64,000 nucleotides of DNA from NCBI GenBank assembly GCA_963850905.1, contig CAWKMU010000003.1, positions 1,952,001-2,016,000 of the forward strand. Direction: 5' to 3'. The stretch is from an uncultured Gemmatimonadales bacterium. Lineage in GTDB: Bacteria > Gemmatimonadota > Gemmatimonadetes > Gemmatimonadales > Gemmatimonadaceae. The position numbers and the translations under genes were made by a program. Each line of letters starts with the position of its first letter. The first letter of the stretch is position 1. Shown here piece after piece: positions 20,869 through 31,915 of this stretch. The notes beneath the pieces are model-generated. The model did no database searches, was not told the origin of the DNA, and saw only the letters and a list, made by a program, of their open reading frames with translations.

Positions 20869-21603
20869 ATGTGCGCGGCGACGCGTCTGGCCCCGTTTGT
20901 GGACGAAACGTTGCTTGCCCCCGACGCCACCCATGCCGACATTGACGCGTTGTGCGACCGCGCCATCCGTCACGGTGTGGCTGCGGTGTGCGTCAATCCT
21001 GCGTGGGTGTATCGGTGTGCGTCGCACTTGGCGGGCTCCACCGTGGCGGTGGCGGCCGTCGTCGGTTTCCCTTTCGGGTCCCACGAAACTGCCATAAAGG
21101 CGGCCGAGGCAGCACTCGCGATGGAACGGGGAGCAAAAGAGCTCGACGTCGTGGCGGCACTTGGGCTCATGCGGGCGGGTCGGTGGCATGATGTGGAGCG
21201 CGACATTGCGGCGGTCGTTCGAGAGACGAAAGGGGCATTGGTGAAGGTCATCATCGAGTCCGGATTGTTCTCGCCGGTCGACATCGTCCGCGCCTGCCAG
21301 GCCGCGCAAGCCGCCGGCGCTGGCTTCGTGAAGACCAGCACGGGCTTCCACCCGAGCGGTGGCGCAACGCCAGCTGCGGTCTGGCTGATGCGCCGCACCG
21401 TCCGGGATGCGCTCGGGGTCAAGGCGGCCGGCGGCATCCGAGACTGTGCGACGGCCGAGGCGATGTTCGATGCGGGCGCCACGCGGCTGGGCTCCTCGCG
21501 CGGGGCCGAGTTGGCCGAGTGTGTCGGCAGAGGTCCGCGGACATGGAACGAGCTGGCGCCGACGGCCGGCGACGCGAGCGCACTGGAGGAGCGCGCCAGA
21601 TGA
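20869..21603 (+). CDS. deoC: Deoxyribose-phosphate aldolase
   Basis: AVCVNP, VVGFPFG, KVIIE, FVKTSTGF, GVKAAGGIR. Confidence 0.93.
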   Translation: MCAATRLAPFVDETLLAPDATHADIDALCDRAIRHGVAAVCVNPAWVYRCASHLAGSTVAVAAVVGFPFGSHETAIKAAEAALAMERGAKELDVVAALGLMRAGRWHDVERDIAAVVRETKGALVKVIIESGLFSPVDIVRACQAAQAAGAGFVKTSTGFHPSGGATPAAVWLMRRTVRDALGVKAAGGIRDCATAEAMFDAGATRLGSSRGAELAECVGRGPRTWNELAPTAGDASALEERAR

Positions 21604-23767
21604 CCACGGCGATCTACCCCGCACCAACGAATTACCTCAATCGCGAACTGAGCTGGCTCGCGTTCAACGAGCGGGTCTTGCGCGAGGCGTTCGACGAGCG
21701 GAACCCGTTGCTCGAGCGACTGAAGTTCCTCGCGATCCATTCCACCAACCTGGATGAGTTCTACATGGTGCGAGTGGCCGGGTTGCGCCGTCAGGTGCGC
21801 GGGGGCGTCGTGCAATCGCCTCCGGATGGACTGCCCCCGGCCGAGCAGCTGGCTGCGATCGGCCGGAGCGTGAGCGCGCAAATCGCCGATGTCCAGCACT
21901 GCCTGCACCATCGGCTCGTGCCCGCACTGGCCGCGCGCGGCGTGCGACTGGTGACGATGTCCGATCTCACGCCGACGGAATGGCTGGCGGTCGACAGCTT
22001 CTTCGAGTCGCAGGTCTTCCCGGTCCTCACGCCGCTCGCCGTCGATCCAGGGCATCCGTTCCCGTACATCTCGAGCCTGTCGCTGTCGCTGGCCGTCGAG
22101 ATTCGAGATCCCGTCAAGGGCGCCGACCACTTCGCCCGCGTCAAAGTCCCGAAGAGTCTTCCGCGGTGGGTTTCGTTCGGGCGCGCGAACCATTTCATCC
22201 CGCTCGAGCAGGTCATCGGTGCGAATCTGGGGGCGCTCTTCCCGGGGATGGAGGTCCTGGGATGGTACGCGTTTCGGGTGACGCGCTATTCGGACCTCGA
22301 CCTGGCAGCGACCGACGAGTCGGAGGATTTGCTCGAGGTCGTGGAGCAGCAGATGTTCGAGCGGCGCTTCAGCGAAGTCGTGCGCCTCGAGATACAAGAC
22401 ACGATGCCGGCGCATCTGCGCGCCCTGCTGCTCGAGGAACTGCGCGATGAGCAGACCGCGGAGCTGCCTGCCCTCACCGAGCACGACGTCCAGGATGCAG
22501 GGTCGCTGCTCGACCTGGGTGATCTCATGTCGCTCGCGACGCTCGACCTGCCGGAGATGCGGGACGAGCCGTTCACGCCGGTCGTTCCGGCGGAGTGGAG
22601 AGACTCTCGCCGCAACGTCTTCGACATCATTCGCGACCACGATATCCTCGTGCATCACCCGTTCGACTCTTTCACGGGCACGGTCGAACAGTTCTTGAGC
22701 ACGGCGGGCGCGGATCCGCAGGTGCTCGCGATCAAGCTGACGTTGTACCGGACGTCGGGTGATACGGCCATCGTCCGCGCGCTCATCGACGCCGCGCAGC
22801 GCGGCAAACAGGTCGCGGTGCTCGTCGAGCTGCAGGCGCGGGGCGACGAAGCGAACAACATCACGTGGGCGCGTACACTGGAAGATGCCGGCGTACACGT
22901 CGCCTATGGCCTGCCGGGTCTCAAGACGCACACCAAGGTCGCCCTTGTGGTCCGGCGAGAGCCTGATGCGATTCGCCGGTACGTGCACATCGGAACGGGC
23001 AACTACAATAGCAAGACGGCGCGTCTCTACACGGACTTCGGCCTGTTCACCGCCAGCCCGTCCATCGGCGCCGACGTGAGTGACTTGTTCAACTCACTGA
23101 CCGGCTACTCGCGACAGCGTCTGTATCGTAAGCTCCTCGTCGCGCCGACGACGATGCGCACGCGCGTGATCGAGCTGATCGACCGCGAAACGGCCCACGC
23201 CCGCGACGGCAACAGCGGCCGCATCACGGCAAAGATGAATGCGATCGTCGACCCCGACACGATCGAGGCGCTCTACCGGGCCTCGCGCGCCGGCGTCGAG
23301 ATCGATCTCATTGTGCGGGGCATTCTGTTGTCTGCGACCCGGGGTCGAGGAGGTCAGCGAGCGCATTCGGGTCAGCAGCATCATCGGCCGGTTCCTGGAG
23401 CACTCCCGTCTCTGGCGCTTTGCGAATGCGGGGACGCCGGAGTACTACATCGGATCGGCCGACTGGATGCCGCGAAACTTCGATCGTCGGGTCGAGGCGG
23501 CCGTGCCAGTCGATGATCCGACGCTTCACCCGCGACTGGATGCCCTGCTCGAGACCTGCCTCGCGGACAATCGCGGCGCGTGGGATCTGCGCTCGGACGG
23601 CACCTACCGCCAGCGCACTCCGGGCGCCGAACCCGTGCGATCCGCCCAGGTCATTCTGGCAACGCGACTCGTGGGGTCGTCCCACCGCTCCCGTCGAGCC
23701 GGCCCCGCCGGCGCCCAGCCTGGTCACACCGCCGGAAACGCGAGAGTCAGTGGCGGCGGATGACTGA
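21600..23767 (+). pseudogene. ppk1: Polyphosphate kinase 1, frameshifted as assembled (real lesion or sequencing error)
   Basis: NRELSWLAFN, NLDEFYMVRVAG, LVHHPFDSF, LKTHTK, HIGTGNYN. At 23323-23325 one extra base breaks VRGICCLRPG; the conserved SIIGRFLEHSR and GSADWMPRNFDRRVE continue in ORF 23239..23763. A second shift near 23655 is possible. Confidence 0.85.
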
Positions 23768-23772
23768 GAGGC

Positions 23773-23907
23773 AGGGTTTGGGGTCTGGGGTGTGGGGTTT
23801 GGGGTAACTCAAGACCCCAGGGGCTAGTCGCGATGCGTCGCAACTGGCCCCTCGGTGTTTTTGCTGTTACCCCAAACCCTAAACCCCAAACCCTAGACCC
23901 GCCGTTA
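23773..23907. repeat. Heptamer-arm hairpin element (TGGGGTT)n...(AACCCYA)n between convergent ppk1 and ppx
   Basis: agggtttggggtctggggtgtggggtttggggtaac ... gttaccccaaaccctaaaccccaaaccctagaccc followed by gccgtta. Confidence 0.85.
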
Positions 23908-25566
23908 TTCGATATCCCCATCCTCGCTATCCGCCACGAAGACCTGCCCGTCCGGGGCCACGACTTCGACGCTCACGCCGGCGACTTTCTCCAATAGCCG
24001 CGCCTTTCGGCTCGCGCCCCACAGCTCGAGCCGGAGGGTCAGGCCAGCTTTCGCCGGCACCGCCGTGAGGCGCATCGCGCGACCAAGCCACCGGACTTTG
24101 ACGCGCGCGACGGCTCCGGCATGTCCCCGGTCGAACCCGTCGGCGACGCGCAGGATCGCAGCCAGGCGTCGAACGCGCCGCCGAGCGGCCCGGTCGAGGT
24201 GCGCGAACTCCTCATGCGACTTCTTGGGGGCCGAGCCGCGGTGGTAGCGGGCCACGTTGGCGACTGCGACCTGCTCCTCAGGAGTGATGCCGAGCAAATC
24301 CGCATGCAGGATCAGGTGGTACGAGTGCTTGTGGTGCTTGTTGTAGTTGATGTGGTAGCCGATGTCATGCAGGAGCGCGGCATCCGCGAGAATCTCGCGA
24401 TCCCCGGGACCACAGCCAATGCGGTCGCCGATGGCGTCGAACAGCTGCAGGGCCAGTGACTGGACGTGCCGGGCGTGCGGCGCTTCGAAGCGCGTACGCT
24501 CAGCGAGCTCTCGCACCGATCGGGCACGTGCCTCTCCGGGATCGGCCACGGTCGGCCTGATGCGCGCGGTCTCCAGCAGGAGGCCTTCACGAATGCCGTA
24601 GGCTGATACGACGATCTCGCGGGCCTCGACTCGAGCAACCACCTCGGCCACGACGGCGAGGCCGGCCACGATGATGTCAGCGCGGGGCGCATTCAGTCCG
24701 GGTACTGCCGCCCGCTCAGCGATCGACAGGTCTTGTAGCGCGAAGAGCATGTGCTCGAGCTCCACGCGCGGGACCCGCGCAGCGTGGACGGTCCGCGCGG
24801 TCACCGCCTGACGGGCGAGGTACATCCCGCCCATGTTGGTGAACGTCCCGCCGGAACCGATGACTTGCGCGCCGCGCCAGTCTCGCACCGGCAGATGGCC
24901 GCGCAACGCGTCGCGCACGTGGCTGCGCAGGTCGCGCACACCCCGCCGGAGCGCGCGGCCCCCGTCGCGTACTCCAGCTCCAAGAAATTGCTCGGTCAGG
25001 CGAATCGCACCGAATGGGAGCGAAATCAGGCGGTCGAGCAGTCCATCGGCGCTCAACGCCAACTCGATCGACCCACCTCCAATGTCCATTACGACCCAGC
25101 GACCGACTCCCAGATCGAAGTGCGCGAGCGCGCTACGATAGGTCAGCCGGGCCTCGTCCTCGCCGCCCAATGTCCGCACCCGCAACCCGGTCTCGGCTCG
25201 CACCCGATCCAGAAACGCGCGACCATTGGTGGCCTCGCGAACCGCACTGGTCGCGACGGCTTCGATCCGTTCGGCACCGAGCTGCTTGGCGAGGGTCGCC
25301 ATGCGGACCAGTGTCTCCAGTGCTCCCTGCATCGAATCGGGACTCAACTGGCCGGTCGCGACGACACCCGTGCCAAGCCGCGGTTGCGCCTTCAGCTCGT
25401 CGACGACGCGGATCGACCCGTTGTTGGAGACGTCAGCAACGATCTGTCGAATCGAGTTCGACCCGATATCGATAGCGGCGACCCGGACTGCCCCGCCATC
25501 TCTGGCGTGCCGCGAGGAGGCCGGCGGCGGCCCACCCGCGTTGCGGAGAAGTGCCGACGCCGCCAT
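23905..25566 (-). CDS. ppx: Exopolyphosphatase / Ppx-GppA family phosphatase with HD domain
   Basis: AAIDIGSNSIR, ATSAVREA, GEDEARL, DIGGGSIE, GIREG, LHDIG...HHKHSY. Confidence 0.92.
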   Translation of the reverse strand: MAASALLRNAGGPPPASSRHARDGGAVRVAAIDIGSNSIRQIVADVSNNGSIRVVDELKAQPRLGTGVVATGQLSPDSMQGALETLVRMATLAKQLGAERIEAVATSAVREATNGRAFLDRVRAETGLRVRTLGGEDEARLTYRSALAHFDLGVGRWVVMDIGGGSIELALSADGLLDRLISLPFGAIRLTEQFLGAGVRDGGRALRRGVRDLRSHVRDALRGHLPVRDWRGAQVIGSGGTFTNMGGMYLARQAVTARTVHAARVPRVELEHMLFALQDLSIAERAAVPGLNAPRADIIVAGLAVVAEVVARVEAREIVVSAYGIREGLLLETARIRPTVADPGEARARSVRELAERTRFEAPHARHVQSLALQLFDAIGDRIGCGPGDREILADAALLHDIGYHINYNKHHKHSYHLILHADLLGITPEEQVAVANVARYHRGSAPKKSHEEFAHLDRAARRRVRRLAAILRVADGFDRGHAGAVARVKVRWLGRAMRLTAVPAKAGLTLRLELWGASRKARLLEKVAGVSVEVVAPDGQVFVADSEDGDIE

Positions 25567-25572
25567 CCCCTC

Positions 25573-26367
25573 TTAGTGTCCTCCGCCCGAGCTTCTGGGC
25601 GACGAGGGTGTCTCGCCGACCGTCCCGCTGTGCGCCCCCGGCGGCGGTCTTCGCGTCGGGTCGTCCAGGTGGTGCTTGATCTGCTTTCCCTCGGCCAGGA
25701 ACACGGCATCCTCGCCGATGTTCGTCGCCAGATCGGCGACCCGCTCGAGGTTGCGTCCCACGAGGATGAGCTCGAGCGACGGCGTGATGTTCCGGGCGTC
25801 CGCCATCATGTGGGTCAAGAGGATCCGGAAAAGGGAATTGAGCAGCGCGTCGACCGCGTCGTCTGCTTTACAGACTTCCCGACCCAGTGTTCCGTCAGCG
25901 CGAATGAATGCGTCCAGCGCGTCGCCCAGCATGCTGCGCGCGCGACGGGCCATGTCCTCGATCTCGGGCTCGGGCGTAATTGTGGACCGGATCGCGATGA
26001 GACGCTGGGCACACTGCGCGATGTTGACCGCGTGGTCTCCGACACGCTCCAGATCGCTCGAGATCTTGATCGCGCTCACAATGAAGCGGAGGTCTCGCGC
26101 CATAGGCTGTTGCAGCGCAAGTAGCTCGACGGCCAACCCCTCGACCTCGACCTCCAGGGCGTCGATCTCGCGGTCGCCGGTAATGACGGCGTCGGCCCGA
26201 TCCTGATCGTGTTTGAGCAATGCGTCGACCGCCAGGTCGACCAGCCCTTCGGCGCGGTCGGACATGGTCAAGAGCCGCTCCTTGAGGTTCGCCAGTTGGT
26301 CGTGAAAGTGGCGGAACCCCGACGGGGAGTCGGAGGTGACGACGGGAGAAGTGGCGGGAGGCATCAT
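25573..26367 (-). CDS. phoU: Phosphate signalling protein PhoU
   Basis: [36 protein letters not shown]. Confidence 0.95.
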   Translation of the reverse strand: MMPPATSPVVTSDSPSGFRHFHDQLANLKERLLTMSDRAEGLVDLAVDALLKHDQDRADAVITGDREIDALEVEVEGLAVELLALQQPMARDLRFIVSAIKISSDLERVGDHAVNIAQCAQRLIAIRSTITPEPEIEDMARRARSMLGDALDAFIRADGTLGREVCKADDAVDALLNSLFRILLTHMMADARNITPSLELILVGRNLERVADLATNIGEDAVFLAEGKQIKHHLDDPTRRPPPGAHSGTVGETPSSPRSSGGGH

Positions 26368-27182
26368 CCGAACCTACCTGTAATGTACGAGTTCGTACGT
26401 TCTTCGCGTGGGGCTGTGAACATCCGCTCGGTCGGACCCACCTCGATCAGCCGGCCCAGGTAAAAGAACGCGGTAAAGTCGGAGGCACGCGCCGCCTGCT
26501 GGAGATTGTGGGTTACGATCACAATCGTCAACTCTCTTTTTAGCTCGAAGATCAACTCCTCGATCTTCTGCGTGGCGATCGGGTCGAGCGCGCTCGCCGG
26601 TTCGTCGAGGAGTAGCACCTCCGGGTCGTTCGCCAGCGTCCGGGCGATGCAGAGGCGTTGCTGCTGTCCGCCTGAGAGTCCGCTCGCCGGGTCGCGGAGC
26701 CGGTCCTTCACCTCGTCCCACAACACCGCGCGCCGGAGCGAGGACTCCACAATGCGGTCGAGTTCCGCGCGAGACGCAGTCGTGTTGATGCGCGGGCCGT
26801 AGGCGACGTTGTCGTAGATCGATTTCGGAAAGCAGTTCCACCGCTGGAAGACCATTCCGATCCGTCGGCGCAACGCGGTGGGGTCGAGCGCGGCCTCATA
26901 GACATCGCGTCCATCGAGCAGGACCTCACCCGTGTGGCGCGTCCCCGGCAACAGATCGTGCATCCGGTTGATCGACCGGAGAAAGGTCGACTTTCCGCAT
27001 CCCGATGGCCCGATCAGCGCAGTGATCGACCGCGGCGGCATGTCGACGGTGATGTCGAAGAGCGCCTGCTTCTCGCCGTACCAGAACGAAAAGTCGCGTG
27101 CCGCGAGCGACCCCCGCTGCGCTGCACCGGTCATCGGCGTCGCCGGAGGGGACGCGGACGGCGTGGCCATCGCCGGGCTCAT
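26364..27182 (-). CDS. pstB: Phosphate ABC transporter ATP-binding protein (distal copy)
   Basis: [47 protein letters not shown] overlap with the upstream copy. Confidence 0.93.
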   Translation of the reverse strand: MSPAMATPSASPPATPMTGAAQRGSLAARDFSFWYGEKQALFDITVDMPPRSITALIGPSGCGKSTFLRSINRMHDLLPGTRHTGEVLLDGRDVYEAALDPTALRRRIGMVFQRWNCFPKSIYDNVAYGPRINTTASRAELDRIVESSLRRAVLWDEVKDRLRDPASGLSGGQQQRLCIARTLANDPEVLLLDEPASALDPIATQKIEELIFELKRELTIVIVTHNLQQAARASDFTAFFYLGRLIEVGPTERMFTAPREERTNSYITGRFG

Positions 27183-28183
27183 CCGAATCGCCCTGTGATG
27201 TACGCCTCGGTGCGCGGGTCCCTCGGCGTCGTGAACAACTCGGCGGTTGGCGCGACCTCGACCAGATCTCCGTGCAGCATGAAGGCCGTGCGGTCCGAGA
27301 CGCGCGCTGCCTGTTGCATGTTGTGGGTCACGATCACGACGGTCATGTCTCGGCGCAGCTCGTAGACGAGCTCCTCGACCTTTTGCGTACTGAGCGGATC
27401 CAGGGACGCGGTGGGTTCGTCGAGCAGCAACACCTCCGGCTCGATGGCCAGCGCGCGGGCGATACACAGGCGCTGCTGCTGACCGCCGGAAAGGCCAACC
27501 GCACTATCGCGCAAGCGATCCTTCACCTCGTCCCACAACGCGGCGCGGTGGAGTGCCTTCTCGACGATCTCGTCCACCCGGCCGTGTGACGGCATCCGCC
27601 GCAGCGTCGACAATCCTGCCGCCACGTTGTCGTGGATGGACATCGTGGGGAAGGGGGTCGGCCGCTGAAAGACCATACCGATGTGCTGCCGGACCGCCGT
27701 GACGTTCACATCCCGATCGTAAATGTTCCGGCCATCGAGCATGACCTGCCCCGTCACCCGCGCGCGGGGCAGCGTCTCGTGCATGCGGTTCAGGCAACGA
27801 AGCATCGTCGACTTGCCGCAACCCGACGGACCGATGATGGCTGTGACGAAGCGGTCGGGGAGGTCGATCGAGATGTCCTTGACCGCGCGGTTCGCGCCGA
27901 AGAACGCATTCAACGCGGCGACGCGGAGCCGCATCGGCGCGCTGCCGGTCGACGCTGCGGCCCGCGCCGCCGCGGCGGCGGTGTCGATGGCGGGTGGCGC
28001 GGCGCGATGCGGCGTCTGCGTCCAACCCGACGCGGCCGAGGGCTCCGCAGGGCGACCGACGGGCCCATTGCCTGTCGGCCCGGGTACTGAGACGTGCGCT
28101 GCCGCAGCTGGTCGCGCGCCGGCGGGCGTGGGCCCCGACGGGTCGCTGCGGCTGGGCGGCATGGTGGACCGAGCCATGATCAT
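27179..28183 (-). CDS. pstB: Phosphate ABC transporter ATP-binding protein (proximal copy, Pro/Ala-rich N-terminal extension)
   Basis: [38 protein letters not shown]; exact start uncertain (28183 or 28177). Confidence 0.92.
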   Translation of the reverse strand: MIMARSTMPPSRSDPSGPTPAGARPAAAAHVSVPGPTGNGPVGRPAEPSAASGWTQTPHRAAPPAIDTAAAAARAAASTGSAPMRLRVAALNAFFGANRAVKDISIDLPDRFVTAIIGPSGCGKSTMLRCLNRMHETLPRARVTGQVMLDGRNIYDRDVNVTAVRQHIGMVFQRPTPFPTMSIHDNVAAGLSTLRRMPSHGRVDEIVEKALHRAALWDEVKDRLRDSAVGLSGGQQQRLCIARALAIEPEVLLLDEPTASLDPLSTQKVEELVYELRRDMTVVIVTHNMQQAARVSDRTAFMLHGDLVEVAPTAELFTTPRDPRTEAYITGRFG

Positions 28184-28197
28184 GACGCCCGCGCCGC

Positions 28198-29154
28198 TCA
28201 GTCTCCGCCCATCCCGGCAAAGCGGCGCCGGGTGGCGAGACGAGCGACGAGACTGATGATGAGGATCATCGCGATGAGCACGAGCGCGCCGGCCCACGCC
28301 TGCGCGTGCCAGTCGTCATAGGGGCTCACCGCGTAGTTGAAGATCTGCAGCGGGAGTGCCGCCATCGGCCGATTGAGCGACGTGGACCAGAACTGGTTCC
28401 CGAACGCCGTGAAGAGCAGTGGCGCGGTCTCTCCAGCGATACGAGCGATCGCGACCAGCACGCCGGTCACGATGCCGGCACTGGCAGTTCGCAGCACGAT
28501 CGACAGCGACGTCCGCCATCGCGCGTAGCCGAGGGCGAGCGCAGCTTCGCGGAGCGACACGGGCACCGTGCGGACGATCTCCTCCGTGGTTCGCGCGACT
28601 TGAGGAATCATCATCGCCGCGAGGGCGACACTCCCCGCCCAGGCCGAAAAATGACCGATCGGCCGAACGAGGAACTGCCACGCGAAAATCCCCATGACGA
28701 TCGACGGCAGTCCATTGAGCACGTCGGCCAGGAATCGCGTGATGTAAGCTAAACGGGTTTCGGAATGCTCCGCGAGATAGAGGCCGGCGCCGATTCCGAC
28801 CGGCAAGCCGATCCCGCTGGCGGCGGCGACGATGATCACCGTTCCGACAATCGCGTTGGCCATGCCGCCGCCTTCCTCTCCTACCGGCTTCGGCATGTTC
28901 GTGAAGAAGTGCCACCGCAGCGACGATCCGCCCAGCTCGATGAGGTGGAAGAGGATGAAGAGGAGCGGCAGTGTGGTGATCAACGCCGCCGCCGCGACGA
29001 GTCCCACCATGATGCCGTTGACGATATGACGCCGGCGCAGCTTGCTGCGCATCTCTACGGTGACGTGCGCATCAGTCCAGCGTGGCGGGCGAGGCGCACT
29101 GCCAGACCGCGTTGGGGCGGCGGCCGGGGCCGACTCCGCAACGGGTGCCGTCAT
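28198..29154 (-). CDS. pstA: Phosphate ABC transporter permease PstA
   Basis: GGMANAIVGT, LPSIVMG, REAALALG, RIAGETAPL; start ATG 29154 overlaps the pstC stop. Confidence 0.93.
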   Translation of the reverse strand: MTAPVAESAPAAAPTRSGSAPRPPRWTDAHVTVEMRSKLRRRHIVNGIMVGLVAAAALITTLPLLFILFHLIELGGSSLRWHFFTNMPKPVGEEGGGMANAIVGTVIIVAAASGIGLPVGIGAGLYLAEHSETRLAYITRFLADVLNGLPSIVMGIFAWQFLVRPIGHFSAWAGSVALAAMMIPQVARTTEEIVRTVPVSLREAALALGYARWRTSLSIVLRTASAGIVTGVLVAIARIAGETAPLLFTAFGNQFWSTSLNRPMAALPLQIFNYAVSPYDDWHAQAWAGALVLIAMILIISLVARLATRRRFAGMGGD

Positions 29155-30173
29155 ACGGCTTTCCCTCCCGCGCCCCGCGACACCTGCCACACGAGCCACC
29201 GGGCAACTGCGTTCACGATCACCGTAATGACAAACAACACGAACCCAACGGCCATGAGCGCGGACAGGTGGAGATCGCCCGACGCCTCTGAGAATTCATT
29301 CGCGATGAGCGAGGCCATTGTATAGCCGGGGGCAAAGAGCGATGCCGAGATCTCCGGGCGATTGCCGATGAGCATCGTCACCGCCATGGTCTCGCCCAGC
29401 GCACGGCCGAGGCCGAGAATAATGCCGCCGATGATGCCCGACTTCGCATACGGCACGACCGCGCCCGAGATCGTCTCCCACTTGGTAGCGCCCAATGCCA
29501 GCGCCGCTTCGCGCTGCGATCGCGGCACAGCCAACAACACCTCGCGCGACACCGACGAGATGTACGGCAGGATCATGATCGCGAGGATCAGCCCGGCCGC
29601 CAGCATACTCGGCCCGTAGGCCGGACCTTTGAACAGCGGGAGCACGCCCAAGTGCAACGTGTCGCGCAGGAAGGGCATAACGCCTGTGCGCAGCACCGGG
29701 AGCAGCACGAAGATGCCCCACAGCCCGTACACGACACTCGGGATCGCCGCCAACAGGTCAACGAGAAACGCAACCGGCTGTCGGATCTTGGGCGGAGCAA
29801 ACTCAGAGAGGAATACGGCCACGCCGAGCGCGAGCGGGGCAGCGATGATCAGCGCGACGATCGACGAGACGAGGGTGCCGTAGATCGCCGGCGCAGCGCC
29901 GAACACGCCTTTGACCGGGTCCCAGGAGCTCGAGGTCAAAAAGGACCACCCGAACTTGTGGAACGTCGGCCACCCGGCGACCGCGATTTCGACCGCGATT
30001 ACGACCAGGAGCGCCGGGACGCAGAACGCAAAAAAGGCGACGAGGACGCTGTAGATCCGGTCGCCTATAACGGACCCCTCGATGCGAACGCGAAAGCCGT
30101 CGCGCACCGCGCGTGGTGGACGTCCGCCGGCCGCGACCGCGCCTGGGCCCTCGTCGATAGTCCCGCTCGTCAT
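29151..30173 (-). CDS. pstC: Phosphate ABC transporter permease PstC
   Basis: LLAAIPSVVYGLWG, REAALALGATKWE, GRALGETMAV, IANEFSEA. Confidence 0.95.
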   Translation of the reverse strand: MTSGTIDEGPGAVAAGGRPPRAVRDGFRVRIEGSVIGDRIYSVLVAFFAFCVPALLVVIAVEIAVAGWPTFHKFGWSFLTSSSWDPVKGVFGAAPAIYGTLVSSIVALIIAAPLALGVAVFLSEFAPPKIRQPVAFLVDLLAAIPSVVYGLWGIFVLLPVLRTGVMPFLRDTLHLGVLPLFKGPAYGPSMLAAGLILAIMILPYISSVSREVLLAVPRSQREAALALGATKWETISGAVVPYAKSGIIGGIILGLGRALGETMAVTMLIGNRPEISASLFAPGYTMASLIANEFSEASGDLHLSALMAVGFVLFVITVIVNAVARWLVWQVSRGAGGKAV

Positions 30174-30249
30174 GACGACATCCGATTACGCGCGATCGAC
30201 ATGCATCGCTAACGTAGGGCTGCCGGACCCCGTTTTTGCCGCGGGTTGG

Positions 30250-30270
30250 GTAACGAACGTGTCACGTGCA
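30250..30270. promoter_or_regulatory. Candidate Pho-box-like direct repeat upstream of pstC
   Basis: GTAAC-N6-GTCAC with an 11-bp period; shares GTGTCACGTGC with the site upstream of pstS. Confidence 0.4.
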
Positions 30271-30281
30271 AGGGCGAAGCA

Positions 30282-30394
30282 AGACGCTGGACGCTGGACG
30301 CCAGAAAACAAGCCTGAGGGCCAGCTGGGTACGTGGTGGCTGACCCTCAGGTTTTGTCCAGCGTCTAGCGCCTAGCGTCTAGCGTCCGCCGTTA
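30282..30394. repeat. Heptamer-arm hairpin element (TGGACGC)n...(GCGTCTA)n
   Basis: agacgctggacgctggacgccag, inner stem cctgagggccagc...gctgaccctcagg, then ccagcgtctagcgcctagcgtctagcgtcc and gccgtta. Confidence 0.85.
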
Positions 30395-31915
30395 CGGCAG
30401 ATAATACCGGAACGAGAAGAAGCCCATCGGATCGACCGCGGTCGGCTGGATGCCCGGGCCAAGCGGGTTCGAGGCCGCTGGCAGGCCAGACCAGGTCTCC
30501 TTCTGCAGATACGAGTATTGCATGCCGAACTGGAATCGTCCGTATGGGCCCTGATAGAAGCGGTACCAGAACCCGCCGACGCCCATCCACAGCGCGCGAG
30601 TGTCGGCGTTGCAGGTGCCGGAAGCGGGAACGTACTGGCTGGTGGGCGGCAACTCGGTCTCGCAGCCCGCATTGCTCAGCAGTGGCGAACCATAGCCTGA
30701 ACCCTTCACACCCGTCACGAAGGCGTTGCGGTTGTTGTACTCACCGCCGCCATACAAGTAAATGTCCAGTCGGGGCGTCGCATGGATCTCGAGGGAGGCC
30801 AATGCCTGGCCCTGAAGAATCGGAGCCAGCTGGCCGTTGGGACGGATCGTCACGTCCGCAAGCTGCCCGGTGCCGTAACGGCCGATACCGCGGCCATACA
30901 GCGCCGAGACGCCGAAGTCCACGACATCACGTTTGGAACCGTTGGACCGAGTTTCGTAGAACGGGAACACGGTACCAATCCCCACTCCACCGCCGAACAC
31001 GTGGCTGTTATAGGAGGTGCCGACGGTTGACGTGTCGGCGTAGACGATGCGGGATCGGAACACGCTCCCCACCGCCTTGATTTCCCAGTGTCCGAATCCG
31101 GGCTCAAAAACGAATTTTCCTATGATGTCGGGCGCGAGGTCGGTCGAGTAGTTGGCGGTGGAGTTGAGCAGGCTACCGCCGACCTGACCCAGCACCACGT
31201 TGGCCGGTGGGCCGTGCGCCGTGACCGTGGTCTGTGTTCCTTCGACGGCCCCGACCAACCAGGCGTGATTGTTACTACCCAGGTCGGTCGAGATGCGCAG
31301 CTGCCACTGCCGGGCCCAGTTGAAGCCGGTGACGTACTGCGCGTCGATCGTTTGGGGAACGAATTCCTGCAGCGGAGCGACGCCTTTCTTCTCGGTGGTA
31401 ATGGTGCTCCACGCCTGGCCGGCTACGAACCCAAACCCACCAGAGTTTATCTGCCCCCAGAACTGACGGAGCCGCATCGTGTAGCTATTGCTCTCGGTCG
31501 AGTTGGAGGTGACGCCGGCAGACAGGAAGTCCGACTCCCAGTAGCCGGAGAGCTTGACGTTCGCGTCGGGAGTGCCGGCAGCCAGCAGCGACAGTCGGGA
31601 CTGACGGGCAGACCCGCGCCATTCCGACAGATAGTACGGCGACGTGCCGGTGAACGGGATTCCGTTATAGCTCGTGCCCATGTCCGCTTCGGTGCTGTGC
31701 GTTCGATAGAGACCTTCTGCGGCGAAAAAACCGCCAGGCGTTAGAGTGACGCCCTTGAAGTGAATGACTTGGTTGGGCAGCGTGTCCTGGGCGAGCGCTC
31801 GGGACGAAGAGATGAAGGCGACAGCGGCAAGAGTAGTCAGAGCCGAGCACATCGTGGCGCCACGCCATCGACGGGCGCGGGCAGAGGGGAATGAGGTGTC
31901 GACCGAACAGGGCAT
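30392..31915 (-). CDS. Putative outer-membrane porin/beta-barrel within the pst operon
   Basis: Signal peptide ending ALA-Q; Gly/aromatic-rich beta-strand pattern, RQSRLS, LRQFWGQ, GQAWS; C-terminal FSFRYYLP. GGAG precedes ATG 31915. Confidence 0.6.
   Translation of the reverse strand: MPCSVDTSFPSARARRWRGATMCSALTTLAAVAFISSSRALAQDTLPNQVIHFKGVTLTPGGFFAAEGLYRTHSTEADMGTSYNGIPFTGTSPYYLSEWRGSARQSRLSLLAAGTPDANVKLSGYWESDFLSAGVTSNSTESNSYTMRLRQFWGQINSGGFGFVAGQAWSTITTEKKGVAPLQEFVPQTIDAQYVTGFNWARQWQLRISTDLGSNNHAWLVGAVEGTQTTVTAHGPPANVVLGQVGGSLLNSTANYSTDLAPDIIGKFVFEPGFGHWEIKAVGSVFRSRIVYADTSTVGTSYNSHVFGGGVGIGTVFPFYETRSNGSKRDVVDFGVSALYGRGIGRYGTGQLADVTIRPNGQLAPILQGQALASLEIHATPRLDIYLYGGGEYNNRNAFVTGVKGSGYGSPLLSNAGCETELPPTSQYVPASGTCNADTRALWMGVGGFWYRFYQGPYGRFQFGMQYSYLQKETWSGLPAASNPLGPGIQPTAVDPMGFFSFRYYLP

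Noticed and set aside
26364..28183. Tandem pstB duplication as a novelty
   Set aside because: Two adjacent pstB genes are known in several bacterial lineages.
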